Of a stretch of DNA of 64,000 bases, positions 62,617-64,000 are shown piece by piece. A program made the position numbers and the translations under genes. The first letter of the stretch is position 1. Every line of letters begins with the position of its first letter. The notes beneath the pieces were generated by a model, which ran no database searches, was not told the origin of the DNA, and worked only from the letters and a program-made list of their open reading frames with translations. Source of the stretch: an uncultured Ruficoccus sp. (lineage in GTDB: Bacteria > Verrucomicrobiota > Verrucomicrobiia > Opitutales > Cerasicoccaceae); the NCBI GenBank assembly GCA_965140785.1, contig OZ223481.1:96001-160000 (forward strand), written 5' to 3'.

Positions 62617-62757
62617 GAGGGAGGCGGGAAATGGTGGACGATATCTCGAATCGGACAGAGCCGGAGGCAGAAATTCAAATAAGCGTATAACCTTACGGAT
62701 AAAATCGAATCAAACTAAAACCGGTGGTCGGAGTCCGGCCATTAGCCCGAAAGTGCC

Positions 62758-62923
62758 CCAAGCTCTGTCTTCAAATTACGGAACGAGCAGGAGAGCTGAT
62801 TTTTGAAGACAAAATTCAGGCTTCAAACCGAGGCGAATCAAGATTTGTCGAGGTGAGGACATGAACTTTGAAACAAAAAGCGGCGCAAAATGCGACATGA
62901 GATAATTTGAAGGCAGAGCCTAG
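62758..62923. repeat. ~167-bp long-hairpin element, family R2, copy C
   Basis: Terminal inverted repeat GCTCTGTCTTCAAATTA/TAATTTGAAGGCAGAGC; shares CGGAACGAGCA, AAATTCAGGCTTC, TGAGGACATG and GCGACATGAG with copy B. Confidence 0.85.
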
Positions 62924-62960
62924 CCTGCGAATTGGGCTGCCAGGCGAGGCATGGCACTCC

Positions 62961-63731
62961 TCAAGAGACAACCTGGCGGCGGCGATAGGCCGCCGGGGTC
63001 AGGCCGGTGTGCCGGCGGAACTGCACGCACAGCGCCGAGGCGTTGGAAAAACCGCAGTCGGCGGCCACCTGCTTGATGGGGTCGTTGGTCCCGGCGAGCT
63101 GGACGCGGGCCGCCTCGATCCGCCGCTCGATCAGGTGCTGGTGCGGGCTCTGCCCGAGCGCCTCCCGGAAGCACGCATGCAGGTGGGGGACCGACCATTG
63201 CGCGACTTCGGCCAGCGCCTCCATTCGCAGCGACTCGGCGTAGTGGTTTTCCAAATACGCCAGCACCCGCTGCAGTTCCGCCGCTAAGGCCTGCCGGGGC
63301 GCCTCGTGCAGGTATAGCTCCGCCTGAAGGCGCAAGCGCGACACGATGTAGTCACGCAAGACCGACCGCTCCAGCCGGTCGCTGGCGAAGAGCTGCACCG
63401 CCTCGTCCGCGAAGCGGCGGGCCGCGTCGAGATTCTGCCACCAGGTCAGGCGCGGCACCGGCCGGGGAGAGCCGTCCAAGACGCGGACCCGCAGAGACAG
63501 GCAGCGGTAGGGGTCCTCGAAGTCGCTGCGCCCGATCGTAGAGTCGCCGGGCTGATGCCAGAGAATCGCCCCGACCCGCACCTCGGTCCATTGCCCCTCG
63601 ATCTCCACCCATCCGCGACCACCGGTCACCAGTTCCAAGCAGTAGGTCCGAGGCAGGATTGGCTGGGACTTGGGGTGACGGCCAGGCGGTTGGTAGTAAT
63701 GCCCGACCCGGATAAGTTCACCCAGGCGCAT
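62961..63731 (-). CDS. AraC-family transcriptional regulator
   Basis: Cupin-like N-terminal domain; double HTH (LAEVAQWSVPHL...IKQVAADCGFSNAS...FRRHTGLTP..YR). Confidence 0.92.
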   Translation of the reverse strand: MRLGELIRVGHYYQPPGRHPKSQPILPRTYCLELVTGGRGWVEIEGQWTEVRVGAILWHQPGDSTIGRSDFEDPYRCLSLRVRVLDGSPRPVPRLTWWQNLDAARRFADEAVQLFASDRLERSVLRDYIVSRLRLQAELYLHEAPRQALAAELQRVLAYLENHYAESLRMEALAEVAQWSVPHLHACFREALGQSPHQHLIERRIEAARVQLAGTNDPIKQVAADCGFSNASALCVQFRRHTGLTPAAYRRRQVVS

Positions 63732-63843
63732 GACAGGCAGTACCGAGTTTTAAAAAACAAATCATAGTTTTTAATTATTATATATCGTTGAGTCTCGATG
63801 TTTAAAGGGGAAAATGCAGATTCAAGCTAATTTTTAAATACCC

Positions 63844-64000
63844 ATGAAAAACTCAGACAAAATTCGTTTCGGCTTCGTTGGCACCGGCCAGATCACTGCG
63901 TCGGCGGCCGGCCAGATCAATGCCCACCCCCACGGCGAAGTCGTCGCCGCCTTCGACACCAGCGAGGTGCGGGTCAAGGCGTTCTGCGAGAAGCACGCCA
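63844..64000 (+). CDS. Gfo/Idh/MocA oxidoreductase, 5' part only
   Basis: MKNSDKIRFGFVGTGQIT...EVVAAFD Rossmann start; divergent from araC; runs off the window. Confidence 0.78.
   Translation, partial: MKNSDKIRFGFVGTGQITASAAGQINAHPHGEVVAAFDTSEVRVKAFCEKHA

Overview
This is a GC-rich chromosomal window, most likely from a free-living Verrucomicrobiota (Opitutales-like) bacterium; that assignment is inferred from a complete Amuc_1098-1102-type pilus/secretin cluster. From left to right it contains: the pilus/secretin cluster (1-6.5 kb, minus strand); a NUDIX hydrolase; pdhA-pdhB-pdhC interrupted by a hairpin-flanked GxxExxY gene; a three-gene two-component module with PAS domains; a phosphohexomutase and a eukaryote-type UDP-GlcNAc pyrophosphorylase; an FtsB-like gene; ExeA plus two ExeB-like genes; and a ~37 kb surface-glycan region. 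The glycan region holds CapD/DegT/PglC-like and WecA-like initiation genes, EpsI, a GDP-mannose 3,5-epimerase, Kdo/heptose genes, an O-antigen ligase and ugd. It ends in a MarR/GbsR-led Wzx/Wzy operon (45.8-61.4 kb). The most striking feature is an intact-looking MurA-MurB pair inside that operon, next to two sulfotransferases, an acetyltransferase and a pyruvyl transferase, which suggests a sulfated polymer carrying lactyl-ether (muramic-acid-like) sugars. Other signals are four families of intergenic hairpin repeats (one encloses a fragment of another gene, one shows stem covariation), a pair of compensating frameshifts in wzy, a truncated methyltransferase and a LOV-like domain lacking its cysteine. 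I saw no rRNA, tRNA, CRISPR array, transposase or integrase. All protein assignments come from motif recognition by eye; no searches were run.
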